From contig CAITIQ010000542.1 of assembly GCA_903892415.1 (NCBI GenBank), positions 3,050 through 67,049 on the forward strand: a stretch of DNA of 64,000 bases. Reading direction: 5' to 3'. The notes under the pieces were generated by a model. It had not been told where the DNA came from. It worked only from the letters and a program-made list of their open reading frames with translations, and ran no database searches. Positions within the stretch are counted from its first letter, which is position 1. Every line of letters begins with the position of its first letter. The translations under genes were made by a program, and so were the position numbers. The stretch comes from an uncultured delta proteobacterium (lineage in GTDB: Bacteria > Myxococcota_A > Polyangia > Polyangiales > Polyangiaceae). Below are positions 47,216 to 56,704 of the stretch, one piece after another.

Positions 47216-48160
47216 ATGTCGAATGGTCAAAAGCGGGTCGGGATCGTGGTGGGGAGAGAACGTTCATTTCCCGATGCTCTCATCGCTCGCGTCAGCAGCC
47301 GCAATCAGGGCGTTGTCTGCGAGTACGCCCGGCTTGATATCACTCGAATCGACGCGCCGCCCGCTTACGACGTACTGGTAGACCGCATCAGTCACGATAT
47401 CACCTGCTACCAACCAATCCTGAAGCTGGCCGCACTGCATGGCACGCGGCTGGTGAACAACCCGTTTTGGCGCATCGCCGACGACAAGTTCTTCAACACT
47501 GGGCTCGCGGCGTCCCTCGGCGTGGCCGTGCCCAAGACCGCTCTGCTGCCCTCCAAGTCCTACGGTGAAGACATCTCGAGCGCATCGCTGGCCAACTTGG
47601 CCTATCCGCTCGACTGGAGCGGCTTGGTTAGGGACTTTGGCTTTCCGATGTTCATGAAGCCGCACTGGGGAGGCGGCTTCCGCGACGTCTCCAAGGTCGA
47701 CAATTTGGAGGAGCTGTTTCGCGCCTACGACAAGAGCGCGCGCGGCACGATGATCGTGCAGGAGGCCATTGAGTGGTCGGCCTACGTCCGCTGCATCGTG
47801 ATCGGCAAAGAAGAAGTGAAGGTCGCGCTCTGGGATCCGCGCCTCGGTCACTTTGATCGCTATACCAAGGCCGCCGAGACCATGGCACCGCTCGCCGAGT
47901 CGCTGCTCGCCCGCGTCACCGCGGACGCCAAGACCCTGTGCCGCGCGCTCGGCTACGACATGAACACGGTGGAATTCGCCATTCGGGATGGCGTGCCCTA
48001 CGCGATCGACTTCATGAACTCCGCACCCGATTTCGACATCAGCTCGCTCGGGCCGGAACACTTCGAATGGGTGGTCGATAAGATGGCCGATTTGGTGATC
48101 CGACTGGCCAACGGCGACAAGGCGCGCCACGCTCGCGCGGAGGAGTTTCTGTCGGCATGA
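47216..48160 (+). CDS. ATP-grasp (RimK/glutathione-synthetase-like) protein
   Basis: FPMFMKPHWGGGFRDV, MIVQEAIEWSAYVRCIVIG, NTVEFAIRDGVPYAIDFMN. The stop overlaps the dnaJ start (ATGA). Confidence 0.75.
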   Translation: MSNGQKRVGIVVGRERSFPDALIARVSSRNQGVVCEYARLDITRIDAPPAYDVLVDRISHDITCYQPILKLAALHGTRLVNNPFWRIADDKFFNTGLAASLGVAVPKTALLPSKSYGEDISSASLANLAYPLDWSGLVRDFGFPMFMKPHWGGGFRDVSKVDNLEELFRAYDKSARGTMIVQEAIEWSAYVRCIVIGKEEVKVALWDPRLGHFDRYTKAAETMAPLAESLLARVTADAKTLCRALGYDMNTVEFAIRDGVPYAIDFMNSAPDFDISSLGPEHFEWVVDKMADLVIRLANGDKARHARAEEFLSA

Positions 48161-49260
48161 AGGATCCGTATCAGGTTCTCGGCGTCGAGCGTTCGGCCGA
48201 GGCGGATGAAATCAAAGCGGCTTTTCGCAAACTCGCGGCCAAACACCACCCGGATCGCAACCCCGGGGATGCGGAGGCGCCGCAGCGTTTCAAAGAGCTC
48301 AACGCCGCCTACCAAATTCTCAGTGATCCGAAGAAGCGGGAAATGTTCGATCGATTCGGCGTCGGGGACGGCACCCGAGCCAGCGGGCCCGCCGGTGGCA
48401 TGCCCTTCGACTTTTCGGAAGTATCGATCGATGGCCTTTTCGGCGACCTTTTAGGGGCGCTCGGCGTTCGGCCCGGTCAGCCAGCGCCGCTGCAAAAAGA
48501 GGTGAAGCTCAGCTTCGAAGAAGCTGCCTTTGGCTGCACCAAAGAGATCTCCTACGAGCGCATCGAGGCTTGTGACGATTGTTCGGGCAGCGGCTCGGCG
48601 CCCGGCTCGGTGCCGGAGACCTGCGGCCAATGCAAAGGCCGTGGAAAAATTCGCGTGTCGGCGGGGGTATTGCCGATCGCGATCGAGCGTCCTTGTCCGC
48701 AGTGCCGTGGCAACGGTCGCATCGTCAAAGACCCTTGCAAGACCTGCAGCGGTGCTGGGCTCGGCTCAAAGAAGCGGACAATCGAAATCACGGTGCCTCC
48801 CGGCGTGGAGAACGGTGCTGCCCGGGTGGTGGAGCGGGCTGGCAATTTCCTGCGCGCGGACCGGGCCGCGGGCGATCTCGAGTTGGTCATTCGTGTGGCT
48901 CCGCACGAGTATTTCCGGCGCGCCGGGGATGACGTCGTGTGTTCGCTGGCCGTCTCCTTCCCCCAAGCCGCGCTCGGCGGTGAGCTCGAGGTGCCAACGC
49001 TCGACGGCAAGGGAAAGCTGCGCGTCCCGGCCGGAACGCAGCCTGGAACCGTGTTGCGGATTCGTGGGCGCGGTATGCCGAAGCGCATGGTTAGCGGCCG
49101 CGGAGACCAGCTGGTCGAGATCACCGTCGAGGTGCCAAAGCAGCTCGATGAGGAGCAACGCCGACTGGTTCAGGCGCTGGCGGAGACGCTCGGCAACAAG
49201 ATTCAGCCCGCCGCTCCCGAGCCCAGCCTGATGGAGCGACTGAAGAACCTGTTCTCCTGA
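48157..49260 (+). CDS. dnaJ: DnaJ-type co-chaperone (J domain plus four CxxCxGxG zinc motifs)
   Basis: DPYQVLGV..HHPDRNP (HPD), CDDCSGSG, CGQCKGRG, CPQCRGNG, CKTCSGAG, and the C-terminal client-binding domains. Confidence 0.9.
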   Translation: MKDPYQVLGVERSAEADEIKAAFRKLAAKHHPDRNPGDAEAPQRFKELNAAYQILSDPKKREMFDRFGVGDGTRASGPAGGMPFDFSEVSIDGLFGDLLGALGVRPGQPAPLQKEVKLSFEEAAFGCTKEISYERIEACDDCSGSGSAPGSVPETCGQCKGRGKIRVSAGVLPIAIERPCPQCRGNGRIVKDPCKTCSGAGLGSKKRTIEITVPPGVENGAARVVERAGNFLRADRAAGDLELVIRVAPHEYFRRAGDDVVCSLAVSFPQAALGGELEVPTLDGKGKLRVPAGTQPGTVLRIRGRGMPKRMVSGRGDQLVEITVEVPKQLDEEQRRLVQALAETLGNKIQPAAPEPSLMERLKNLFS

Positions 49261-49306
49261 CGAACTCCACGCGCACCCTGGCGGGGGATGGTGCTAGCTT
49301 TCGCTT

Positions 49307-50152
49307 GTGGAAGACCCCCGTTACATCGATGTTCTGAGCGATTCGACTGGTGAGACTGCAGAGAAGGTCGTGCGGGCCGCTCTGCTCCAATTCCCAAAGA
49401 GTGGCGCTCAAATCCGTCTACATACGCGCGTCCGCTCCAAGGATGTAGCGCGTCCCATCCTGGAGCGCGCGGCCAAAGAGCATGCGCTGCTCGTGTTCAC
49501 CGTCGTTTCGCCCGAGTTGCGCGAGTTTATTCATCAGATGACGAATGAGCTGACGATCGAGGCCATCGACGTGATCGGCTCGCTGATCGGCAAGCTAGGC
49601 ACCTATTTGGACCGCGCGCCGATCGGGATGCCCAGCGCCATGTTGCCGCTCTCGGACGAGTACTTTCGTCGTATCGAGGCCGTGGAGTTCGCGGTCAAGA
49701 GCGACGACGGCAAAGACCCGCGCAACTTCCGCAAGGCGGACATTGTGCTGATCGGTGTTTCGCGCACCTCCAAGACTCCGCTCTCGTTGCTCTTGGCGCA
49801 ACGTGGGCTCAAAGTGGCGAACTTGCCGCTCGTACTCGGCGCGGCGCTCCCGCTCGAGTTGCGTGAAGCTCCGCAAGATCGCTGTGTTGGCTTGACCATC
49901 GGTATCGAGCAGCTGTGCGAAATTCGTCAGGCGCGTCTACGTCAGCTCGGCATGCCCGTGGAGACCAACTACGGCATGCGCGAGCACGTTCGTGAGGAGC
50001 TCGACTACGCCGAGGGGCTATTCCGGGACAACGGTTGGCCGGTGGTGGACGTTACCGGTCGCGCCGTTGAAGAGTCGGCGGTGATCGTGCTCGAATCGCT
50101 GCGCGAGCGGCTTCCTCCCAGCGTCCTTTCGGTTGGAGCGGTGAGCGTATGA
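49307..50152 (+). CDS. Bifunctional kinase/pyrophosphorylase of the PpsR/PDRP (DUF299) family
   Basis: DIVLIGVSRTSKTPLS P-loop, VLSDSTGETAEKV N-terminus. GTG start. Confidence 0.85.
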   Translation: MEDPRYIDVLSDSTGETAEKVVRAALLQFPKSGAQIRLHTRVRSKDVARPILERAAKEHALLVFTVVSPELREFIHQMTNELTIEAIDVIGSLIGKLGTYLDRAPIGMPSAMLPLSDEYFRRIEAVEFAVKSDDGKDPRNFRKADIVLIGVSRTSKTPLSLLLAQRGLKVANLPLVLGAALPLELREAPQDRCVGLTIGIEQLCEIRQARLRQLGMPVETNYGMREHVREELDYAEGLFRDNGWPVVDVTGRAVEESAVIVLESLRERLPPSVLSVGAVSV

Positions 50153-52179
50153 GAGCCTCGGGCTTCCTCGTTGCAATGACGCTTTCGCTCGGGCTCTTCG
50201 CCTGCGGGGACGACACCGAGACGAAGCCCGAGCCCGAGCCGGGCGTCAAATTCATCATCGATCTCGAGGCGGATCCAACCGACCCGGCGAAGTTCTTTGA
50301 CGCTCCTTATCCCTTTGATTTGCGGTTGACCGGGGACGGCACGCCCGACTTGCGCGGCTTCCCGAATCCGAGTTCGCTCGAGATGGTGCGCGGCTTAGCG
50401 GCCAACGCCGCTGAAGCGAAGGGCTTTCCAGTCATTCCGGTCGCCTACTTCCGCTTCGACGGTGCGCTCGAAGCAAAAGATCCATCGGTGGTGCTACCGG
50501 CGGACGCGACGGCGGTGATTCACCTTGTGGACCTTCAAGAAGACTCACCCGACTTTGGCAAGCTGATTCCGGTGATCGCCAAGACGCTGGATGAGGACAT
50601 CTACACGCCCTCCAACGTGTTGGCGGTCGCACCGCGGCCAGGCTTCATCCTGCGCCCCAATACCAAGTACGGCGTGGCCGTCATGAAAGAGGCCAATCGC
50701 GCAGACGGCTTGCCGCTCGCAACGAACGACGTGATCGAGCGGATGATCCTACGCAAGGCCGAGTCGCCCAAGGAGGAGCAGTTCGACGCGCTCGCGGCGC
50801 CACTTTGGCCTGCGCTCGAGGCGGCCGGCGTAGACGTTCAGAGCGTGGTCGCTGCGACCGTCTTCACCACCGGGGACATCGTCGCCGAGATGAGCGCCAT
50901 CGGTGATCAAGTAGTGGCGGACTTCGACGTGCCGATCGAAGGCGTCACGCTCGATGCCGAGCAGGACTTTCCTGAACTCTGTGTATTGCGCGCAACGGTC
51001 GCTTTGCCGCAGTTCCAACAAGGTGAACCGCCCTTCGACACCGAGGGTCGCTTTGAGTTCGTGGACGGCAAGCTCGTCTCGCAGCGTACGGAGGACGTTC
51101 CTGTGGCGATCGTCATCCCCAAGCAAACGATGCCAGCGGGAGGCTTCCCACTGATCCTTAACGTCCACGGCTCGGGTGGCTTCAGCATCGCGATGGTGCG
51201 ACCCGTTGGTGATGACGGGATGCCGGGCGAGCCGATTGGGCCTGCCTTTCCCCACGCGGTAAAGGGTATTGCAACAGCGGGAATTGCTATGCCGGTAAAT
51301 CCGGAGCGGCTGCCCGGTGCAGGCGAGACCGAGTATTTGAACGTGAACAACTTCGGGGCCATGCGCGACACGTTCCGGCAAGGAACGCTGGAAGCACGGC
51401 TCTTTCTCGAGGCGATGGCCAAGCTCGAGATCGCGCCGGAAGCGCTCGCAGGTTGTGTTGGCGCAGCGCTCCCCGCTGGGGAGACCGCCTTTCACTTCAA
51501 TCCCGACAAGCTCGTAATCATGGGCCAGTCGATGGGCGGGATGTACACCAATATCATTGGTGCAACCGAGCCCACGCTGCGCGCAGCGGTGCCAACCGGA
51601 GCCGGCGGCCACTGGACGTTCTTCATCATGGAGACAACGCTGGAGAACGGCGCCTACCCGAACTTGTTGCAGGTCGTGTTGGGCTCGGGACCGCTCTCGC
51701 TCTTCCACCCGGTCTTCTCGATTTCTGCAGCAGGTCTCGAGGCCGCTGACCCGATGGTCTACATGCCTCGCGTCGCACGGCGCCCGCTCGAAGGGCACCC
51801 CGTGCGGCCAATCTATGAGCCGGTCGGTGAGTTGGATTCGTACTTTCCGACTGTCATCTACGACGCTGCGGCGCTGGCCTACGGTCATCAGCAGGCGGGC
51901 GACGTGGTGTGGACGGAGATGCAAGACGCGCTCGCCCTGCAAGGGCTCGACGGCGTGATCGACTTCCCGGTAACCAACAATCTCGTTTCAGAAACCGGTG
52001 CGTCGTACACCGGGGTGGTGGCTCAGTTCGAGGGCGACGGCACGTACGATCCCCACGCGATCTACTCGCGCCGGGACGACGTAAAGCGGCAGTACAGCTG
52101 CTTCCTCGACTCCTTCTTCAAGACCGGGACCGCGTCGGTTCCAACGCTCAGCGAGGACTGGACCGCACCCTGTCCTTGA
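50149..52179 (+). CDS. Secreted lipase/esterase-like lipoprotein (alpha/beta hydrolase), paralogue-like of 23565-25532
   Basis: Lipobox LSLGLFAC, PYPFDLRL N-terminal module, nucleophile elbow GQSMGG. ATGA-type overlap with the upstream gene. Confidence 0.65.
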   Translation: MRASGFLVAMTLSLGLFACGDDTETKPEPEPGVKFIIDLEADPTDPAKFFDAPYPFDLRLTGDGTPDLRGFPNPSSLEMVRGLAANAAEAKGFPVIPVAYFRFDGALEAKDPSVVLPADATAVIHLVDLQEDSPDFGKLIPVIAKTLDEDIYTPSNVLAVAPRPGFILRPNTKYGVAVMKEANRADGLPLATNDVIERMILRKAESPKEEQFDALAAPLWPALEAAGVDVQSVVAATVFTTGDIVAEMSAIGDQVVADFDVPIEGVTLDAEQDFPELCVLRATVALPQFQQGEPPFDTEGRFEFVDGKLVSQRTEDVPVAIVIPKQTMPAGGFPLILNVHGSGGFSIAMVRPVGDDGMPGEPIGPAFPHAVKGIATAGIAMPVNPERLPGAGETEYLNVNNFGAMRDTFRQGTLEARLFLEAMAKLEIAPEALAGCVGAALPAGETAFHFNPDKLVIMGQSMGGMYTNIIGATEPTLRAAVPTGAGGHWTFFIMETTLENGAYPNLLQVVLGSGPLSLFHPVFSISAAGLEAADPMVYMPRVARRPLEGHPVRPIYEPVGELDSYFPTVIYDAAALAYGHQQAGDVVWTEMQDALALQGLDGVIDFPVTNNLVSETGASYTGVVAQFEGDGTYDPHAIYSRRDDVKRQYSCFLDSFFKTGTASVPTLSEDWTAPCP

Positions 52180-52195
52180 TCGACCTCGAGGCGTC

Positions 52196-52258
52196 GAGTT
52201 GCGCAACTCGGCGCCCGTTTAGGTCGGTAGGATCGCGAATTGCGCAACACGTGCGCAA
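52196..52258. promoter_or_regulatory. Second cluster of the same palindrome family
   Basis: GAGTTGCGCAACTC (perfect 14-nt palindrome, 52196-52209), then TTGCGCAA (52240-52247), CACGTG (52248-52253), TGCGCAA (52252-52258). Located between two convergent 3' ends. Confidence 0.35.
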
Positions 52259-52304
52259 TGTCACTTACGAGAGGCAGTAGGGGCAGGGCAAAGCAAGTTA
52301 TGGG

Positions 52305-52574
52305 CTAGGCCCTGCAGCGGGAGAGCATCCGCTGCAGGTGGCTGCGGTGGATGCCGGAGGCCTTGGCTGCGGCGGAGATATTGCCAGCACAATGGAGCAT
52401 GAGCGCAGCGAGAAACTTGCGCTCAACGGCTGCAGTAGCTCGAGCAATTTCACGCTGTAGCGCTCCTTTTGAAATCACCGAGAAGGCCGAGGGGGGCAAC
52501 TCGGGTAGCTCGGGCGCGTCGAAGTCTTGACTACGGACCTGCCAGTCTGTTCCTGCTAATTCGTCGTTGTTCAT
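52305..52574 (-). CDS. Stand-alone Fis/NtrC-type HTH (HTH_8-like) protein
   Basis: The C-terminus GNISAAAKASGIHRSHLQRMLSR matches the DNA-binding helix-turn-helix found at the end of NtrC-family activators. 89 aa. Divergent from the EBP gene. Confidence 0.6.
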   Translation of the reverse strand: MNNDELAGTDWQVRSQDFDAPELPELPPSAFSVISKGALQREIARATAAVERKFLAALMLHCAGNISAAAKASGIHRSHLQRMLSRCRA

Positions 52575-52660
52575 AGGGATTCGTTGAGGTTGTCAGTGGG
52601 GGCTTTGCTTCGGCACGAAGTGTGCTCTGGGGAGTGGCGGTCTGAAAGTGGCCGGGGAGG

Positions 52661-54062
52661 ATGTCTGTGAAACGAGCACTGATCATCGAGGACGACGCGC
52701 TGATTCGCGAAAACCTCATCGAGCTGCTCTCCGAGGAAGGGTTCGAGGCAATCGGGGCGGAGAATGGCCAGCTTGGTCTCGATCTCGCGCTCAATGACCC
52801 GCCGTCGATCGTACTGTGTGATGTGCGCATGCCTGAACTCGATGGGTTCGGCGTGCTTCAAGCGCTGCGTCAAAACCCGCTCACCAAGAACCTGCCGTTT
52901 ATCTTCCTTTCGGCCAAGGCCGATCGCGCGGACGTGCGAGCGGGGATGAACTTGGGGGCGGACGACTACGTGACGAAGCCGTTCACTCGCGCGGAGCTGC
53001 TCGAGGCGGTTCGCGCCCGGCTGGCCCGCCAAGACGCGTCGCGGCCTCCTGAGCAGCCCACTGCGAAGGTCTTGCCGCAAACCATCGTCGTCGAGGACCC
53101 TGCGATGCAAGGGGTCTATCAGCTGGCGGCGAAGGCCGCGCAGGCGCTCATCTCGGTGCTCCTCTTGGGCGAGACGGGTGTTGGAAAAGAGATCCTTGCG
53201 CAGAGCATTCACAAGCTGTCCCAGCGACGTGAAGGTCCCTGCTTGGCGCTCAACTGCGCCGCGATCAGCGAGTCCTTGTTGGAAGGAGAGCTGTTCGGCA
53301 ATGAGCGCGGGGCGTACACCGGCGCCAGTCAAGCCCGTCTCGGGCTGCTGGAGTCGGCCAACGGCGGTCTTCTTGGATGAAGTTGGCGATCTTCCCCTCG
53401 CAATCCAGGTCAAGTTGCTGCGCGTGCTCGAGGAGCGCCGAATCTTGCGCGTTGGAGGTCGCACGCCAGTTCCGATCGACGTTCGCTTCGTCTCTGCAAC
53501 CAACCGCGACCTCGAAGCCGAGGTCCAACGCGGTACCTTCCGTCAAGACCTCTACTACCGGCTCAACGGCCTCAGCATCACCATTCCACCGCTTCGCGAA
53601 CGCCGCCGCGAAATCATCCCCCTCGCGCTCCGGTTCGCAGAGTCCGCTGCCAGTCAACTGGGCCGCAACCCTCCCCGGCTCACCGAGGAGGCTAGCGAGC
53701 TCTTGCTCGCCTATCGGTGGCCAGGCAATGTCCGCGAGCTCAAGAACGTCATTGGTAGAGCGATTGTGCTGTCCGAAGACGTCATTCGACCAGCGGCGTT
53801 GCCGGACTTCATCCAGAAGGCGGTTGCGGAAGTCGCTCCCGCATCGGTCCCGCCGCCCAGCGCTAATGAGGAGTCGAGCCCGCCGAGTCAGACACAATCC
53901 TTGAAAGGCCAGTTGGCGCTGCTCGAACGGCAACAGATTCTCGAGGCGCTCGAGAAGTGCCACGGCAATCAGACGGCCGCTGCCGAGCTCTTGGGCATGA
54001 GTCGGCGCACCTTGGTCAATCGACTCGCGGAGTACGAGCTGCCGCGGCCGCGAAAGCGCTAG
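52661..54062 (+). pseudogene. Sigma-54-dependent response regulator (NtrC family), split by a frameshift near 53363-53367
   Basis: Frame 1 (52661-53380) has a receiver domain (DVRMPELDG, VTKP), Walker A GETGVGKE, and ERGAYTGA (GAFTGA-type loop). Frame 2 (from ~53367) has VFLDEVGDLP (Walker B), RVGG, WPGNVRELKN, and the HTH GNQTAAAELLGMSRRTLVNRL. The canonical ..ANGGTLFLDE.. is interrupted: ..ESANGG / VFLDEVG.. Confidence 0.8.
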
Positions 54063-54065
54063 GCG

Positions 54066-55046
54066 ATGAAGCCCTGGTTGCCCCTTGCGATCGTCGGCCT
54101 TTGGGGCTGCGTAGACGAGCGAGTCGCACAGTTGGACGTTGGCCCCGTCGAGAGCGAGCCGCTTTTGTCGGACGAGGTCATCCTGCCGATCCCCGAGACC
54201 GTGCCGCTCGATGCGCGCAAAGTCGATCTCGGGCGTCGGCTCTTCCGCGATCCAATTCTGTCGCGGGAGCGAGACACGACCTGCCTCAACTGTCACCCGT
54301 TTGCGGCGGGCGGAATGGACGGGGCCCCTCGTTCGCAGCTTCCTGGGCGAGGGAAGCTCGGGGTCAACACCCCAACGATCTTCAATGTCGGCTTCAGCTT
54401 CAAGCTCCATTGGAGCGGCCGGTTCGACTCGCTCGAGGCGCAACTCGACGTTCCCATCATGAGCCCCAACGTGATGAACATGACCTTCGCCGAGGTCGTC
54501 GAGCGCCTCACTGCGTCGCCCGAATACGCCCCCACCTTCAATGCCATTTACGGCGCTGTGAGCGAGGCTAACTTTCGCGATGCCATCGCTAACTATGAAC
54601 GGAGCCTCAATACTCCTGGGGCGCGCTTCGACCGCTTTCTTCGCGGACAGACCAATGCGATTAACGACGATGAACGACGCGGATTTGAGTTGTTCAAGAG
54701 TCACGGCTGTTCCAGTTGTCATCAAGGGGTTAACGTCGGAGGGAATCTGCTCCAGCGATTTGGTGTGCTGAAGGACTACTTCGCTGGACGCACGATCGAA
54801 GAGGCGGATCTCGGGCTCTATACGGTGACGAAGCTGGAATCGGACAAGCACGTCTTCCGAGTTCCGAGTCTTCGCAATGTGGCGCTTACTGCGCCCTACT
54901 TTCACAATGGCTCTGTTCAGACCTTGGACGAGGCCGTCCGCATCATGGCCGAATACCAATTAGGAAGGCCGCTGGCTGCCGAGCAAACCCGCTTGATTGT
55001 CGCCTTTCTTGGAACCTTGACCAGCGATCTGGAGCAGGTGCAATGA
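54066..55046 (+). CDS. Di-haem cytochrome c peroxidase (CCP/MauG family) lipoprotein
   Basis: Lipobox AIVGLWGC. Two CxxCH motifs (CLNCH, CSSCH). PSLRNVALTAPYFHNGSVQTLDEAV. Confidence 0.9.
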   Translation: MKPWLPLAIVGLWGCVDERVAQLDVGPVESEPLLSDEVILPIPETVPLDARKVDLGRRLFRDPILSRERDTTCLNCHPFAAGGMDGAPRSQLPGRGKLGVNTPTIFNVGFSFKLHWSGRFDSLEAQLDVPIMSPNVMNMTFAEVVERLTASPEYAPTFNAIYGAVSEANFRDAIANYERSLNTPGARFDRFLRGQTNAINDDERRGFELFKSHGCSSCHQGVNVGGNLLQRFGVLKDYFAGRTIEEADLGLYTVTKLESDKHVFRVPSLRNVALTAPYFHNGSVQTLDEAVRIMAEYQLGRPLAAEQTRLIVAFLGTLTSDLEQVQ

Positions 55047-56704
55047 AGCGAGCCTTCGTGCTTTGGCGAGCTAGTTGGGTATTAGCAACGGGGGTGTTCA
55101 TCGCTCAGTTGGCTTATGATGCCCGCGCCGGGATCGACGGGCGCGCTCACGATAGTTACGGGCGCGATGTTCGCTCGGCGCTCACGCGTGACGCTCGCTT
55201 GAATGAGCAGGTGATGCAGACCAGGCAATCGTTGGTAATGCATTATGATGCGCTCAGCCGGACGACAGCGGAACTGCGCGTTGCCTATTCTCGGCTCGTG
55301 GTGCCGCCCCCATTCCTGGACGCGAAGAGCGCCGACCAGGTGAAGGCGGCGGCCGTCTCGGCGCAGACGGCCTTCATCGAGAAGACGCGGACGATTGAAG
55401 ACTTCAAGAGCCAGAACGCGATCTTTCGCAACTCTGCGCGCTTCTTTCCGGTAGCGGCTCAGGCGCTGCGGGATCGGCTTGCGGACGCGGGCTCCCCCAA
55501 GGAGGACTCGATGGTCAATGAACTTTTGTTGGCGGTAAATGCCTATGTCCAGGTCCCCGGCGAGGCCGAGAAAAAACGCGCTCATCAGGCTCGAGCGATG
55601 CTCGCGGGCGCCTCTGTTGCGAGTGAACTGGAGTCGGACCGTGCCTTGGTATTGCTTCATGCTGACGCGCTGGAGCGACACGCAGAGTCCGCGGCGGTGC
55701 TTACGCAGGCGGTCCTCACCGCACCTACGATGGCAACGGCGGAGCGACTCGATGTCGCCTATGAGCAGGGCGTCTCGGCGGCTCGTGATGCAGCGAATCG
55801 GCGCCGAGCGTTCATGGTCCTTACCCTCGCGGGAATCGCCAGCTTGCTCGCGGCAGATATCATTCTCCGCCTCAGAAGAACGGCTCGCACCGAACGTGAG
55901 ACGGCCAAAAAGCTCGCTGCAGCCAATGACGCTCTGTTGCGCGAACGAGAGCGTGAGACCGAGCTTTCGGAGCTCAAAGGGCGATTCGTTACCATGACCT
56001 CTCATGAGTTTCGGACCCCACTTTCGGTGATTCTCTCGTCGACCGAGCTGCTCGAGGCGTACGGTGAGCGTTGGCCACCGGCCAAACGCAGCGATCACTA
56101 CGGCCGGGTAAAGACCGCCGTTGGCACGATGCGAGAGTTGCTCGATGCCGTACTGGTGATTGACCGCAGCGACGCCGGGAGACTCGAGTGTTCCCCTGGC
56201 CCGCTCGACATTGGAAGATTCCTGCGTGAAGCCGTTGATGCCATTTCCTCCACTTCGATGCGCCACGAGTTCAGGCTCACCATGCCGGAGAGCTTCCCTG
56301 ATGCAGCTATCGATGAAAAGTTGGCAGTGCATATCGTGACCAATCTGCTTTCCAATGCAGTAAAGTACTCGCCAGCGGGCGGGCCGGTAGACGTCAGCGC
56401 TCGGGCGGCCGGTGGAGATTTGGTGCTCGTCGTTCGGGACCGCGGAATTGGTATAGGGCAGGTGGACCAGTCGCGATTGTTCGAGAGCTTTCATCGCGGT
56501 ACCAACGTCGGGACCATCCCTGGAACGGGTCTCGGATTGGCGGTCGTCAAGCGCGCCGTGACTGCGCATGGTGGCGACATCTCCGTCGTCTCGGCGGAGG
56601 GCGAGGGCTCGACGTTCACCGTCAAACTCCCCGTCTTTACGGCAGCGCCGCTTCAGCGGAGAGAGTTTGATTCGCTCGCCGACGCGGTGTCGAATGCCGA
56701 ATAG
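55043..56704 (+). CDS. Sensor histidine kinase with large helical periplasmic/sensor domain
   Basis: TM1 (WVLATGVFIAQLA), a ~250-aa helical sensor, TM2 (FMVLTLAGIASLLAADIIL), H-box MTSHEFRTPL, N-box LLSNAVKYSP, G-boxes RDRGIGIG and GTGLGLAVV. ATGA overlap with the CCP gene. Confidence 0.9.
   Translation: MKRAFVLWRASWVLATGVFIAQLAYDARAGIDGRAHDSYGRDVRSALTRDARLNEQVMQTRQSLVMHYDALSRTTAELRVAYSRLVVPPPFLDAKSADQVKAAAVSAQTAFIEKTRTIEDFKSQNAIFRNSARFFPVAAQALRDRLADAGSPKEDSMVNELLLAVNAYVQVPGEAEKKRAHQARAMLAGASVASELESDRALVLLHADALERHAESAAVLTQAVLTAPTMATAERLDVAYEQGVSAARDAANRRRAFMVLTLAGIASLLAADIILRLRRTARTERETAKKLAAANDALLRERERETELSELKGRFVTMTSHEFRTPLSVILSSTELLEAYGERWPPAKRSDHYGRVKTAVGTMRELLDAVLVIDRSDAGRLECSPGPLDIGRFLREAVDAISSTSMRHEFRLTMPESFPDAAIDEKLAVHIVTNLLSNAVKYSPAGGPVDVSARAAGGDLVLVVRDRGIGIGQVDQSRLFESFHRGTNVGTIPGTGLGLAVVKRAVTAHGGDISVVSAEGEGSTFTVKLPVFTAAPLQRREFDSLADAVSNAE

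Noticed and set aside
52196-52209. The 14-nt palindrome as a simple intrinsic terminator for the convergent genes.
   Set aside because: As RNA it gives only a 5-6 bp stem with a GCGC loop and no following U tract. Its core recurs as an operator-like array at 57138-57178. I therefore kept it as a candidate protein-binding site, though a terminator role is not excluded.
53363-53380. Programmed ribosomal frameshift in the EBP gene.
   Set aside because: There is no slippery heptamer or downstream structure. The junction also lacks residues present in all family members. That indicates a deletion, not recoding.
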